From a virus, in IMG/VR virus record IMGVR_UViG_3300036851_000176, positions 32,001 to 96,000 of that record: a DNA stretch of 64,000 nucleotides. The stretch is one strand, 5' to 3'. Both the position numbers and the translations under genes were made by a program. The notes under the pieces were generated by a model. It was not told where the DNA came from, searched no databases, and saw only the letters and a list, made by a program, of their open reading frames with translations. Position 1 is the stretch's first letter; the number at the start of each line of letters is the position of its first letter. This document shows, in pieces, positions 44,544 to 56,300 of this stretch.

Positions 44544-46350
44544 ACTCCTGTAGGACGAAGTGTCCGTAGTAGTACACGGTGATCGTGCGCCCAGTATTCT
44601 GCCAGATCTCCATGCGCAGTTGGTGGTTTGCGTCGAGGCTAACGAATCCAGGATAGGCTCCGCTCTGAGAGTCACAATGAAACTGAATCCCCCACGCCCC
44701 TGTTGGAACTAGTGTCCCGTCTGGATTTACGTCTTTCTCGTCCTCGCTCCCGACCACAGTTGCGCCAGCAGTGAGATCTCTAATTCGTCCCTTCCACTGA
44801 CTGTTCGGATACAGGCGAAAATCGACTCCTCCGTTGAAGTTGTTTTGGCTGATCCAGCGAGCATCGGGAAGGAAAAGATAGCCTGTGCAGAGATACTCCT
44901 GGCTCATTGTTGTCCAGAAAGTCTTCCCACCATCTCTGGAGGCGGGGGTGGTGTTGGCGACCCAATAGTCAGGATCGATGTACCCGCTATCCCACTTCGG
45001 AGCAGCAGGACCGATCAGCCGCTCTTGCAGTCCAGTCGGAGCGAACCAATGCTGGAAGCGGGGAATTCCCCCTTGGCCTCCTTCATACTCTGACGCAGGA
45101 ACAAAAGAATCGTAGCGATGAGTTCGATCAGGTCCAAGAAACTCAGGAGGCTCTCTCAGGATGGTTTCTTTATGGCCGTGGTTGAACCCTTCGAAGAAAT
45201 AGTCAACTCCTCGAATGTTGGAGTAAATCTGTTGCAATTCCGGAAACTCCACGGCGGTCCATGTCCCGCTTGGAACAGAGACACTCCGCAATTGGCTGTA
45301 TTTAGGAGCAGCGAACATAGACGCTCCGTGTGCGTCCCGATATGGCCAGGATTTAATGAACTCTCCCTCCGGAAAGTCTTTTGGCAACCGAGAGTCGCTA
45401 GGATCGGCCAAGTAAAATGGAGCGGGGCTGAAGTCACTACCTGCGTCTCGAATTTGCTGGGGAAGAGTTTTGAACGTCCCGGTCGAATCGATCGACTTCG
45501 GTTGAAAGAAGAGAGGGTTGAAGTAAGCGACGCACGGACCTTTGAGGAACACGTTGTTCGAGGCATCCGTGTATGGCTTGAGTTCATTCAGACCAGGAAC
45601 GTCATGCCAAACCTCCCACTGGACCAAATCTCCGGCACTTAGTTGCCCGTAGATTAGCCCCAGTCCAACTCCGCTCGCTTTCTGCCAAGTAACGTAGTCG
45701 GGACCTCCAATTCCCTCGTGCGAATTAGCCAACTGAAAGACCGTTCGAGTTTCTTCAATCTGTGGGACTCCGTTAACAGTCACTCTGGCTTTGAAAACGC
45801 TTGTTTTCGCGATGTCGTACACGAGACGACTGTTCTCATAGTGAGCCAACCTCAATCGAAAATGAAGTTCAGCCACGTATTGCCAGAAATTGTTCTTGGA
45901 CGCGCCCGAACTGACCGTTGCAGTGAAAACGTGATGGTCTGAATCAGGTAGAGTCGTCCACGATCCGGCTGGCCCTGGGACGCGTTCATTGTATCCAAGC
46001 AAAACGTACGTCCCAAAGACGTTCTGAATTCTGATCTCTTCCCTGAAGTCTGTGATACTACCGATCCGAGGAAATGGAACAGCCGTCCAGGTTTCAGGAG
46101 GACAGGAAAACGCAGCCGTGCTATATCCGACAAAACCCCTACCGGGCTGATAGAAATTCTCGGTGTCCGGACTGCTCGGATTGAAGGGATTACTGGTCGG
46201 AACCTTCTGCTTGCGGCCGATGCTGGGCACGAAAATCTCGTCCGAAGGAACAGGTCCTTCTCGGATTCCCGTGAAAATCTCCGCGATAACTGAACTCCCT
46301 CCGTAGGCTCGATCAAGAATCGCGTTTCTTGAATCTAGAGTTCCGCTCAA
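44533..46350 (-). CDS. Putative tail / receptor-binding protein with two related halves
   Basis: End of tail module; SCPPETWTAVPFP and SVPSGTWTAVEFP repeats. Confidence 0.65.
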   Translation of the reverse strand: MSGTLDSRNAILDRAYGGSSVIAEIFTGIREGPVPSDEIFVPSIGRKQKVPTSNPFNPSSPDTENFYQPGRGFVGYSTAAFSCPPETWTAVPFPRIGSITDFREEIRIQNVFGTYVLLGYNERVPGPAGSWTTLPDSDHHVFTATVSSGASKNNFWQYVAELHFRLRLAHYENSRLVYDIAKTSVFKARVTVNGVPQIEETRTVFQLANSHEGIGGPDYVTWQKASGVGLGLIYGQLSAGDLVQWEVWHDVPGLNELKPYTDASNNVFLKGPCVAYFNPLFFQPKSIDSTGTFKTLPQQIRDAGSDFSPAPFYLADPSDSRLPKDFPEGEFIKSWPYRDAHGASMFAAPKYSQLRSVSVPSGTWTAVEFPELQQIYSNIRGVDYFFEGFNHGHKETILREPPEFLGPDRTHRYDSFVPASEYEGGQGGIPRFQHWFAPTGLQERLIGPAAPKWDSGYIDPDYWVANTTPASRDGGKTFWTTMSQEYLCTGYLFLPDARWISQNNFNGGVDFRLYPNSQWKGRIRDLTAGATVVGSEDEKDVNPDGTLVPTGAWGIQFHCDSQSGAYPGFVSLDANHQLRMEIWQNTGRTITVYYYGHFVLQEFSL

Positions 46351-47597
46351 AATCCTACCGACCCTCCAATCGATCTCGGACCATCCATCACATCGTTGTA
46401 GATGAACAACTCGTCGAGCAAGCCTCGGAAGTAGCAGACAGTTCCGGAGAGATTGAGATTGAAGTCTCCCGCACCGACATGGAACTTAGCATCAGAGTGG
46501 TACTCCTCCAAATATGACGATCCGAAAAATCCTCCCACTCCCGTGTCGTAAACCCGACCGACCTCTCCCCCGTCCAGGTACATGCGATGATAGAAGCCAT
46601 CGTAAGTCGCAACTACATGATGCCATCCGCTGCCGAGCATCGTTGGCCCATAAATTGTTGATCCGTGCTGAGGAGCGGCCTGGGGACACATGCGCTGACT
46701 GACCACTTGGTACGACCCGTTTGGTCCTAGTCCATATCCACCCAGGGGCTTGATCCACAGACGATATCCATTTCCGTTCTGAAGTCCCGTATCGAATCCG
46801 CCAGCGCAGACCAAAGGTCTCGCGCTAACCGTGTTGTGCTGGAAAAAATCTCGTTCGTCCGGGGATCCCTCCGGAGGCTGCGTGATCGAGTTAGTGTCGA
46901 TGAGGAACCAGATTCCGACAGTGAATTTGCCCAGGTCCTTTGGATCAATCGGATGAAGTACCGATGATCGGTCTCCCATTCGAGACCCATCCAGGAACTG
47001 CTCCCCCGTCATGAAGAATCTTCTTGTGAAATGGCCTCTTCCGAATTGTCCAATTGATCGGTCAGTTACTCCAGGCAGTTTTGTACTACCCGGTTCTAGC
47101 GGAACCCAAGTTCCTCTCCACCCGTTGGTACCTCCCGCCGTTCCGGGAGCATTGATCGGGCTTGAAACGTGACTTCGAATGCAGTACCAGTAATTCGAGT
47201 ATCTGCCATCTCCTCCGAAACTCAGCCCCCCTCCGCCAGGATCGGTTGGGACCAATTTGTGATGCACAATGTCGCGCACATCATGATGGTTTCCTCGATA
47301 GACCTTGCCCTCTTCCCACTCCCCTCGATCGTTCTTGTCCTGTCCGTAGAGAGTTTCCGCCCACGACGTATTCGAAAATCCGCGCCTCGCCCCCGAGTAA
47401 TAGGTCTCCCCGCTACCGTCGTATCGCCAATCCATGTCGTAGTTATTGCCGGAGATGTCGTAAGCGATTCCGGACGCGTCCGGGTCCTTCAGCGTTTCGC
47501 CCAGGGGCCACCATCCCCACAGATCCGGGATGTTGATTCCCTCCCCCTCGGTCGCGGGATTGCGGAACGAGATTCCCCTGAAGTCGCCATCAGGCAT
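46347..47597 (-). CDS. LamG/ConA-like domain tail protein
   Basis: GWWPLGE...AYDISGN, FTVGIW, WHHVVATYDG, MYLDG, GLLDELFIYN. Confidence 0.85.
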   Translation of the reverse strand: MPDGDFRGISFRNPATEGEGINIPDLWGWWPLGETLKDPDASGIAYDISGNNYDMDWRYDGSGETYYSGARRGFSNTSWAETLYGQDKNDRGEWEEGKVYRGNHHDVRDIVHHKLVPTDPGGGGLSFGGDGRYSNYWYCIRSHVSSPINAPGTAGGTNGWRGTWVPLEPGSTKLPGVTDRSIGQFGRGHFTRRFFMTGEQFLDGSRMGDRSSVLHPIDPKDLGKFTVGIWFLIDTNSITQPPEGSPDERDFFQHNTVSARPLVCAGGFDTGLQNGNGYRLWIKPLGGYGLGPNGSYQVVSQRMCPQAAPQHGSTIYGPTMLGSGWHHVVATYDGFYHRMYLDGGEVGRVYDTGVGGFFGSSYLEEYHSDAKFHVGAGDFNLNLSGTVCYFRGLLDELFIYNDVMDGPRSIGGSVGF

Positions 47598-47785
47598 TAA
47601 GACTCCGTTGGTCTAGCTGAACGAAATCGGATATCTACGAACTGACGAGGAATGCTCGCCCAGATATCTTCGTCGGTGTGAGGAGCGGGAGGGTTGTTGT
47701 CGTTGACGTTCTCCACCTCACGCGATCGATGATGGTGGTAGAAAGCGTTAACGTGTCCGGGCGGTCCAGTCTCTCCTGTCGGCAT
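47597..47785 (-). CDS. Small hypothetical protein
   Basis: GAGGTG RBS, TAATG overlap. Confidence 0.6.
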   Translation of the reverse strand: MPTGETGPPGHVNAFYHHHRSREVENVNDNNPPAPHTDEDIWASIPRQFVDIRFRSARPTES

Positions 47786-47788
47786 AAA

Positions 47789-47926
47789 TCACCTCGTAAA
47801 GACCGAGACGGCTGCCGAAACGCGAGCAGGAAGATATCGCCAAATGGCGGATGCGGTGATGGTGATCTGGAGGAAGACAGAGTTTTTCGCCTTGAAACTC
47901 GTTCCGATGGCTCCCAGATCAGCCAT
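47789..47926 (-). CDS. Small hypothetical protein (45 aa)
   Basis: Hand translation MADLGAIGTSFKAKNSVFL...; TGATG overlap. Confidence 0.55.
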   Translation of the reverse strand: MADLGAIGTSFKAKNSVFLQITITASAIWRYLPARVSAAVSVFTR

Positions 47927-48897
47927 CAGTTCGTCTCCAGAGTGTTACTCGTTTCGACTGCGCAAGCCCAGTTGATTGGTGTTGATCCTGTCTTCAGGTT
48001 GTTGACGATCATGAAGGTCTTCCCGGCCAAGTCTCCGGTGCCCGAAAATGTATCTCCGTCCGAAAAGGATGTTGGCAAATGCGCCATCGTCCACAGGCCG
48101 CGCAAGCGTCCTCGAATCACACGCGCAGTCGCTCCTTCGTGAACCCAAATGGGTGACATGTAAAGACCGCCATCTGCTCCGTTTGGGTAAGTCAAGTCCG
48201 ATCCAGCTGAGGCAAGCCCCAGTTCATCCGTACCACCCGGAATGATCGGAAGAGTATGCCGCTTACCGGCTCTCAAAATTGTTGTTGCTCCGTTGTGATT
48301 GCGCGCCATCGTATTGTTGTTTCCCGCTGCTGTGCCGAGATTGGAAGCGCGTCCGATTCCTTCCGACATACCAGCGACCAAAGCCGAGTTGCTTGTCTCC
48401 TTTGCCATCAGGATCGTGTTGTAAGAATCCGCGCTCGACTTAATCGAGTAAATCTCTCCGAAGCCATACCCGATTCGGAATGAACCGGAGTCGCCAGTAG
48501 TGATGAAGAGATAGAAGGTGCGTGCGTCTGCAAACATGACCCATTCTCGTGCAGTTGTGTCCGCCGAAAATGACTTGCGGATGGTGAGCGCGGACCCTGT
48601 TGCTGGAAACTGATTTGTTCCCGTGTCCCATGCCGTCATCGCCTCGAATCCCCAAACGCTTGCCTCTTTCACGGTCACGGGCTGATTGTCATTCACCTGG
48701 AGATAATGGCGAAGGCCGCTGGGCGCGCGGTAATCCGCTGCGTTCGTGGATGAGTATTCCTTCGTCCACCCGGCTGCCGCTTTCGATCCATAGCCGTTGA
48801 CCAAGACGGCATCGAGCAGTGCGACGAGTTTCCCCACCTCACCCGTCAGAACGGGAGCGCTGGTATCCGAGCTTCTGTATACGGTGAACTGAGCCAT
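47926..48897 (-). CDS. Tail-fibre-associated virion protein
   Basis: YRSSD..AP.L.G..G.L.ALLDAVLVNGYG.K.AAGWTK, RGRLRG. Confidence 0.75.
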   Translation of the reverse strand: MAQFTVYRSSDTSAPVLTGEVGKLVALLDAVLVNGYGSKAAAGWTKEYSSTNAADYRAPSGLRHYLQVNDNQPVTVKEASVWGFEAMTAWDTGTNQFPATGSALTIRKSFSADTTAREWVMFADARTFYLFITTGDSGSFRIGYGFGEIYSIKSSADSYNTILMAKETSNSALVAGMSEGIGRASNLGTAAGNNNTMARNHNGATTILRAGKRHTLPIIPGGTDELGLASAGSDLTYPNGADGGLYMSPIWVHEGATARVIRGRLRGLWTMAHLPTSFSDGDTFSGTGDLAGKTFMIVNNLKTGSTPINWACAVETSNTLETN

Positions 48898-51557
48898 TAC
48901 GACATTGTACCTTCCAATTGGACGCTCCAGGTATCTCCGCCAACACCCATCGCCGAAACACGAATCCGGATCAAGTTTCCAGTTGTCACTGAACCGAGGC
49001 TGGTTGAGACGGCTACCTCGTTCTGTCCGGTCGTCAGCGAGAGAGTCGTGACTGTTGTGGCCGAAAATTCTCCCCCTCCCGCTGATTTCTCGATCACGAA
49101 ACTGTACGTTCCGGAGTCTGGCGAGTCCTCAAGACGCAGGATCGCCTTGTCGAGATTGAATGTCTTGGACACTCCTGCCACTTCTGGGACGCGTAGGATC
49201 GCCGGAACGACCTGCGGGTATCCGACCATGCCGCCCTGCCAATCGAACGAGATTGCGGTAGCTCCTGCCGCCCCGGTGGCTCCGGTGGCTCCGACGCTTC
49301 CCACTCCTCCCGCCCCAGTGGCTCCAGCGGGTCCAGTGGCTCCTGTCGCGCCACCTGCTCCTGTTGAGCCTGTGGCTCCTCCTGCTCCGGTTGCTCCGGT
49401 GGCGCCGTTCGCTCCGGCTGCTCCGGAAGGCCCGGTCGGACCCGTAGATCCAGAATCTCCGGGAAGTCCATCCAGTCCAGGCAGACCCATCTCGGCCATC
49501 AGGTCCCAGTACGTCTCCCAATCCACCCCGACTCCAGGCTCACTCGCGGCCGATGCTGTATGAGCCAGGATGCAAATGTAACTGGATCCTCTATTGAACA
49601 CGGCATCATTGACCGCATATACTGTTCCGGTTGCGCCCTTGATTCCGACGATCGCCGTTGCAGATGATTCTCCGGAGGCCGTAGAGCCAGTCGTCGCGGT
49701 CGGCGTTTCGGAGATCGATCCTGCGGTTGTCTGGACTTTGTCAGATGCCTCAAACGCTGTAGCGAACTGCGCACTGTTCTGGTCGAAACGCTCTGTGTAT
49801 CCAGAAGGCGGCGTGACTGCCGATCCGGATCCTCGGAACGCACAGAAGACGACGATCATCTCGCCGTCTTCGGTTGTCACAATCGAGTTTGTGGGGAAAC
49901 TGGATGTTGCTCCATTGTGCTTCTTGCCAGCGTCGTAGACATCGACATCGCTGGCGTCCTGATATGCAAGGATGTGAATGTTCCACGAGGTTGCCTGCGT
50001 GTTATCTGACCACGTATAGTCACCGGATTCTCCGGAGGCGACCTTCTTCCAGATCTGCTGTCTAGAATCTCCGCTCGCCGTCGCCCGGAAACGCACGTCG
50101 GAGAGTTTCGTCCAGCCAGTCGGTCCGGTAATGTCGTCAGTTCCGTTGGCATCGTAAACGACGACATCGGCGAGCATCACATCGCCATTTGAAAGCCCCG
50201 CTGGCGGCGATACTGCTTGTGTTGTGCTAGACGCGCTTGCGGCAGACGACACGTTTCGAAATGTCGGACTCGTTTCTGATCCGCCAACTGCTGTCCAGCC
50301 ATCTCTCCATACGATTCCACTTCCGGCTGCGCCGGATGCTCCGGTTGCGCCAGGAGGTCCGGTCACTCCAATCGAACCGGTTGCTCCCGTAGCCCCGGTT
50401 GCTCCCGTTACTCCAAGCCCCGTGGCTCCCGTGTTTCCGCGAGGTCCAGTGGCTCCAGTGGCTCCAGTGGCTCCACTCGCGCCGGTGGCTGGAACGATTC
50501 CGGTCCCGTTCTGATATGTCGCTAGAAGAACATCACCCGATTGCGGCTTTTCGCTCGCAATGAAAACGATCGTATCTCCGGTTAGGTTGTACTCGTTTCC
50601 GTCTTCGAGCAGAAGTCCATTCAGGTACAACTCCAAGGAATTCGTTGGATCGGGAGACATGTCGAGCACGAATGTGTCGTTGACTCCATCGATTGTCCCA
50701 GCAGGCGTCTCGTTCCAAATGATGTCTGACCGTGACAACGGACCAGTTGCGCCAGTGGCTCCTCCCGGTGATCCGGTAGCTCCAGCAGGGCCAGTTGATC
50801 CTGTTGCCCCAGAACCGCCAACCGCTCCTGTCGCCCCATCTTCGCCTTGCGCTCCGGCTGGCCCTGATGGCCCCATGAGTCCATCGAGACCAATGTCTCC
50901 CGGAGGTCCTGCCGGTCCTGTCGGTCCCGTGGCTCCTGTTGCGCCGCCAGGGCTTCCTGGGTCACCTTGAGGTCCGGTGGCTCCTGTGGCTCCTCCGGGG
51001 CTACCAGAGGCTCCTGCGGGGCCTGTGGCCCCTGTGGCGCCCGATCCTGTTGCTCCCGTTGCTCCCGTTGCTCCGGCAGACCCCGTGGCGCCAGTCGATC
51101 CCTTGGCACCAGGAGTTCCGGCCGATCCTGTCGCTCCCACGTTCGAAGTCGAGAGATACCACACCGAACCATCCGGATCGATCTGGACGTGTGCCACGAA
51201 TCCATCGACGGCAGGGATGACGAACTGTTCGCTCTTCTCTGGTCGGAACCCAACTGGAAGGACGAACACGACCGTATTCGGATCTCCATTCTGGAAGGCT
51301 CCTCGAATTCGAATCTCGCCATCGGCAGATCGATAGAACGACACTGCCACGTAATCTCCGCCAACATTTCCCCACCCGTTCTTGAAAACGGCGGTAAATC
51401 CCCCATTTTCTGATCCAGGATCTCCATCAGGCAAATCTGCCGTGCTGTCAACAACAGGGATCCAGCCCGTGTCCGGGAGTTTGCGAGGTCGGCGAAGTTC
51501 CTTGATCGTGTCCGTCAGGTCACGATTGAAGTGCCGAAGATCGGGACTCTTGCTCAT
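48897..51557 (-). CDS. Collagen-like tail fibre
   Basis: [10 protein letters not shown] head-like domain, three G-X-Y segments, WNETP domain, CBM-like knob. Confidence 0.88.
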   Translation of the reverse strand: MSKSPDLRHFNRDLTDTIKELRRPRKLPDTGWIPVVDSTADLPDGDPGSENGGFTAVFKNGWGNVGGDYVAVSFYRSADGEIRIRGAFQNGDPNTVVFVLPVGFRPEKSEQFVIPAVDGFVAHVQIDPDGSVWYLSTSNVGATGSAGTPGAKGSTGATGSAGATGATGATGSGATGATGPAGASGSPGGATGATGPQGDPGSPGGATGATGPTGPAGPPGDIGLDGLMGPSGPAGAQGEDGATGAVGGSGATGSTGPAGATGSPGGATGATGPLSRSDIIWNETPAGTIDGVNDTFVLDMSPDPTNSLELYLNGLLLEDGNEYNLTGDTIVFIASEKPQSGDVLLATYQNGTGIVPATGASGATGATGATGPRGNTGATGLGVTGATGATGATGSIGVTGPPGATGASGAAGSGIVWRDGWTAVGGSETSPTFRNVSSAASASSTTQAVSPPAGLSNGDVMLADVVVYDANGTDDITGPTGWTKLSDVRFRATASGDSRQQIWKKVASGESGDYTWSDNTQATSWNIHILAYQDASDVDVYDAGKKHNGATSSFPTNSIVTTEDGEMIVVFCAFRGSGSAVTPPSGYTERFDQNSAQFATAFEASDKVQTTAGSISETPTATTGSTASGESSATAIVGIKGATGTVYAVNDAVFNRGSSYICILAHTASAASEPGVGVDWETYWDLMAEMGLPGLDGLPGDSGSTGPTGPSGAAGANGATGATGAGGATGSTGAGGATGATGPAGATGAGGVGSVGATGATGAAGATAISFDWQGGMVGYPQVVPAILRVPEVAGVSKTFNLDKAILRLEDSPDSGTYSFVIEKSAGGGEFSATTVTTLSLTTGQNEVAVSTSLGSVTTGNLIRIRVSAMGVGGDTWSVQLEGTMS

Positions 51558-52819
51558 GACTCTGGAACCTTACTGTGGAAGTCACTGGCGATTCGGAGAG
51601 ATGCCGTCTCAACACAGTTGTCAGAGAGCGACAAGATGACCTCGTAAATGCGCTGCTTCACATTCGAGACCGAGAGCGCGCCCTTGCTGGCGTTAAGCAT
51701 GACAAGATCACCGAGTCCGTAGTGATACCCGTAATAGGGAGGCTTCAGCGCCGCCTGCTCAATTGCGTACACGACTGGTTTGTCTCCGAGGCGCTGCAAT
51801 GCTTCCTTGGCCTGCTTGTCGAGGATTCCAGTCTCGTCCACCATGTCCTCTGAATCCGAGTCCACGATGAACATGTAGTTACCGACAGAGTTGACTGAGT
51901 AGTCGCCAGTGTCCTGGTTGAATCGAACCTTGCGATGCGTTTCGGGGTCGTTGTTTCCGACCGCCCAGACGAAGTTCGAGAAGTTACCGTCCTTTCCGAC
52001 AACGACCTCTTCCGTTTCTACGAAATCGTCCAGGTTCGACGCACCTGTGCAGAAATCGAAACTGACGCTACTGCTCACATCACTGCCCCTCTGTGGCGAA
52101 GTCTTGAAGTACATAAGCGCGTAGTCTCCGCGATTGATGTACTCAGGAATCAAATCAGGAGCCGGGTTGCCGTCCTCGTAGGTGAATATCATCTCCTGAA
52201 TCTCGTCCCAAACCCAATTTCCTCGACGCACGTTTCTGCCATTAGCGATCTGGATCGTTTTCTCCCAATAGGGAGGCCCAGTCGTTGGCTTGATGATGCC
52301 GGTTAGGGCTACATCTGTCTCTGATCCCAACTGATGATTTACGAGATCGATCAGGCGCCAGCAGAGAGCGGACACATCCCACTTCAGTCCGTCCATGTTT
52401 CCGCCGTCCCAGCCGTGACTGAGGTTCTGTCCCGCGTAGTCGATGACCAGTTTCCAGTTGTTGCGGTGGAATCGTCCCTGAAGACGCCAGAACGGTGACT
52501 GAGCAAGCACGGACAGAGTGTTGGCCTGTCCAGCCTTCTCGCATCTGGTGATGATCCCCGCAAAGCACGGAGTTCCTGGCGGGTCGGTATAGAAAACCGA
52601 GTTGATTGGATCGTTGATCGTGCGCCACACCTTCACAGTGCGTCGAAGCGCCTTCAACTCGTTCGCGTTCTCGTTGTCCAACCATACCGTGAACGAGCAC
52701 GAGTCGATTCCGTTGAGAGGAAGCGAGAGCGTCTGGTCTGTCGCGCCCTCGATCGTGCAGACCTCCGTTCCGTCCAGTTCGAAGATCTTGATGAGCCAGG
52801 TGAGGGTGATCTGCGCCAC
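51554..52819 (-). CDS. Minor tail protein (tail tip/hub)
   Basis: Follows Dit; [22 protein letters not shown]...RIYEV. Confidence 0.8.
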   Translation of the reverse strand: MAQITLTWLIKIFELDGTEVCTIEGATDQTLSLPLNGIDSCSFTVWLDNENANELKALRRTVKVWRTINDPINSVFYTDPPGTPCFAGIITRCEKAGQANTLSVLAQSPFWRLQGRFHRNNWKLVIDYAGQNLSHGWDGGNMDGLKWDVSALCWRLIDLVNHQLGSETDVALTGIIKPTTGPPYWEKTIQIANGRNVRRGNWVWDEIQEMIFTYEDGNPAPDLIPEYINRGDYALMYFKTSPQRGSDVSSSVSFDFCTGASNLDDFVETEEVVVGKDGNFSNFVWAVGNNDPETHRKVRFNQDTGDYSVNSVGNYMFIVDSDSEDMVDETGILDKQAKEALQRLGDKPVVYAIEQAALKPPYYGYHYGLGDLVMLNASKGALSVSNVKQRIYEVILSLSDNCVETASLRIASDFHSKVPES

Positions 52820-52824
52820 TCAGA

Positions 52825-53313
52825 TCACATCCAGGACTGAAACTTAGTGGTGCCTCCGACGTAATAGATGGTCGGATCGTCCGCGCGCAAGCCAACAGTC
52901 CAATCCTGTCGCCAGTTGCCGGTCGCGTCGTTCCACTCATCTGTGATCACCAGCGGCTGATTGCAGTATGCGGTGATGTATACCTGTGCGTACTTTGGAG
53001 AGAAGTAGAACGCGAGCTGATGTTCTTGAAGGTCATAGAACATTCGCATCAGTTCCAATTCTCCGTCACGAAGGTCGGTGAGGTTGCGCGCATAAATCCT
53101 TCCGGTGAGGACAACCTGCTTGCCGGAGCGCTGCACCTCTCCGTGGACCTCTCCCGGGCCGCACGGGTTCGGGTGTGTCTCGGTGCGGATCTCGTCTCCG
53201 AAAAGACCATCCGCGTTCGTAACCGGGATCCAGTAGTAGGGGCTAACCATCAGACTTGCTTTAGCGCCATCGTTGAGAGTGCCGCTGTTGAAGGTGATTG
53301 GCTTTTCGATCAT
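52825..53313 (-). CDS. Distal tail protein (Dit)
   Basis: Follows TMP; V.LTG.I...LRADDPTIY. Confidence 0.75.
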   Translation of the reverse strand: MIEKPITFNSGTLNDGAKASLMVSPYYWIPVTNADGLFGDEIRTETHPNPCGPGEVHGEVQRSGKQVVLTGRIYARNLTDLRDGELELMRMFYDLQEHQLAFYFSPKYAQVYITAYCNQPLVITDEWNDATGNWRQDWTVGLRADDPTIYYVGGTTKFQSWM

Positions 53314-53316
53314 CGC

Positions 53317-56300
53317 TTATCCGCTCTCCGCATGGATCTTGGCGACGCGCATCACATAGTCGATGTCCACCTTCGGTGATGCCGTGATGATCTCGAACGT
53401 CTGATTGGTCTGCTTCGTTGCCCCCGTGGCCTTGGGAGTCGCTCCTCGTGCCACCACTCCCCCGGCTGCAAAACTCTGGTGAGGCACGGACGCGGGCTGG
53501 AATCCAACCACGCCGCCGCTGCCGTAACTCCACAACTTGCTGCGCATGATCGCTCCGATCGCCGCCTGTCCTCCTTCTCCTTCATGGATCCCCAGGCCGC
53601 GCATGACGTGTCCTCGCTTCCAGGCATTGATCTGCGCACGCGTCGCTCCCGCATAACCCTGTGCGCGCTTCACATACTCAGGGATCCAGAATCCCTTGCT
53701 CTTGATGATGTATTGGAGATCGTTTCGCGCAAGGTTGACGTACTGACCCAGAGGCGTGTCGATGAACAGGGGTGATCGGGCTTCTCGTGCCTTCTGCTGC
53801 GCAGCGGTCCCTTCTCCGCCGGGAACTCCCAACTCTGTTCCGGCCCAATCGTCGATGTCAGGACTGAATCCGAACCACTGTCCCATGCGATCGTTGTCGA
53901 ATCCATGAGCGAGATTTCCGACGCCAGCCAGGAGTCTTCGTGCCTGCTTTCGCTTGCGGATATGCTCAGACATCGACTCGCCCCTGCTCTTACCGAACAA
54001 GAACTCCTTGATGAGTCCCACTGGCAGGCCGAGAGCGTGAGCAATCTGCGACTGCTGTCCCTGATTGAGCACCCATTCTCCAACGTGAGCAGTGATAGGA
54101 ACAGCTGCTCCCAATCCGGCGCCTCCGACTTCTCCGCCCTGGTCGTAACTTCCTCCGTATCGCTCAGCGAATCGTTTGAAGGCATCCTGTCTCTGCTTAG
54201 CCGTTGCGTGCGGGTGTGCGCGTGACCAGGCTCGATACGCCTGCATCGCTCGTGGCGACAGAGTTGCTTCTCCGCCGCTATCTCCTTTCCCGAACAGATC
54301 GGCTGCGAGTCTTCCGGGTGCTCCCAGCGGGCTATCGGCGGCTGCCTTCGCCACTCTTTTTGTCCACTGAACTGCGTCGTAGGCGAGGCTGCCAAGGATC
54401 TTTCCCAATCCCTGCAAGGCTCCTCCGAGGATGGGAATCCTTCGAATGACCTTCGAAAGTTCGTACCCCGCGATGAGCGCAACACCTGCGAGACCAGCAC
54501 GCAGACCAAGTTTCAGGATGAGGCTGTTCGTTGCTGGCAACAAGTTTCTCGTCATGATTCCACCAACGATCGGCAAACGCGCTCCCCACCTGTTGAGAGC
54601 ACCACGAAGGCGTCCGAGTCGAGTTGTAGTAGTCACGGTTTCTCGGCCCAGCGCTCTTTCGGCATCGCGAGCCTTCCAGTATGCGTCTCCTTCTGCCTTG
54701 CCCATCTTGCGTCCACTGAAACCTCCGCCTGCGCCTCCGAGAGTAATCGCCTCGACAAGAGTCGCAGTCTGAGCAGCCTTGGCGGCAAGTTCGGCTGCCG
54801 CAGTTTGCTCGATTGCTGTCACTTCTGGATTCAGAAACTTGCCAATCGCTCCTGAAATTCGAGAAGCGCCTACACGAGCGGCAAGAGCGGCTGTTCCTCT
54901 AGCCAGTCCTCTGATGATCTGTCGCAGCGCGAATCCCACGCCCGGAACGATCTTGGAAGCGAGGACCAGAGCGACAAAGATCTCTGTGATTTGCTTGAGA
55001 CCTGGCTGTGAAGCAGCGACTGCCAGAATGCGGAACAATCCTCCGTAAGCCTCTCCAACGTGCTTGAGCGCAGGAAGGCCAATCGTCTCCAGGTCAGTCA
55101 GGAATGTCGTGAAGGCCGAGTTCTGCGACAGATCGAACAGTACCTTGATCAACTTTCCGAAGAATTCGAGAATCTGACCCGAAATTTCGATTGACTTCAA
55201 GAAGAATTCGCGAGCCGCCTGGTGTTTCGGTCCGTTGAGTTCGTCAGCCCATCTCTGGAATGCTGCCGTCATTCTCTCCAGAGCCGTACCTCCCGGACCA
55301 GCAGCGACCCCGATCACGGCTCCGAGGAAGTGGAAGAACGCCCCCAGGAACTTCATGAACTGGTCCAGGAAGCCCTGCGATCGTTCGGCGAATGCTCCGA
55401 GACGATTCTGCTGGAACCCGGCACCTGCCCGGGCTGGCTGACCTGCGCGCTCATTCTGACGACCCAGGAAACCACTCACTCCGCCAAGGATGTGAGAGAA
55501 TACTGGTGCGAACGCCAATGCGATCTTTTCGACCAGAGTGAAGATCTGCTCGAAGATGCGGACGATCGTCGGCAGATTTTTGTTCGCGAGGTTGATGAAG
55601 CTCGTGAAGAAGGCTCTCTGTTCTGGACTCGTGAAAAATCGCGCCAGTTCTCGGATAGAGTTACCAATCGTCGTCGCGAGTCCTCTCCACGCCGCCATGA
55701 AGTTCTTGTCTGCGAACAACTTCTCCAGGGTTTGAATCGCATCCCCGATCGCGTCAAGGATCGCGTCTGTCAGGGGACGAGTTGCTTTCTTCCACAGAGC
55801 CTTGAATCTGTCTACGATTGCCAGGAGCCGACGCTCGGTCGGGTCCAGCCCCTTGAGTGCCTGCTGAGCCGCGTCTTCTCCGGCTGCTCCCTGAGGTTTC
55901 GTGACGTACCCTGTTCTCTTTGCTCGCGCCGCATCCTCAACAGCGCGCTGCCTCGCAATCGTCGCCTCTTTCTGACGCTGCGCTGCCTCCTGAACAGCCA
56001 ATTGTGCTCGACGCTTTTCGAGATCCTGAGTGTTGGCCGCTGCTGCGTTTTTGGCCGCGTTGAACTGCTGTTGGGCTGTGGCGAGTTGGGATAGCGCTGC
56101 GGAGATTGCCGCAGGATCTCCGGTGGCCTGTGCCAAAGCCAGAGCCTGCTGCGCCTGGGTGACGTTTCCCTTGAGGACACCCAGTTCACGCTGATCCTGA
56201 GCCTCTGCTCTAGCCATGTCGCGGAGCCGCTGCTTGGCTTCGAGCAACGACAGGCGTGCGCTCTTCTCTGCAAGGATCGCATCGATCTTCTGGTTCTGAA

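Noticed and set aside
44533-51557. Diversity-generating retroelement or invertible tail-fibre switch
   Set aside because: No reverse transcriptase or invertase, and no near-identical TR/VR pair noticed by eye
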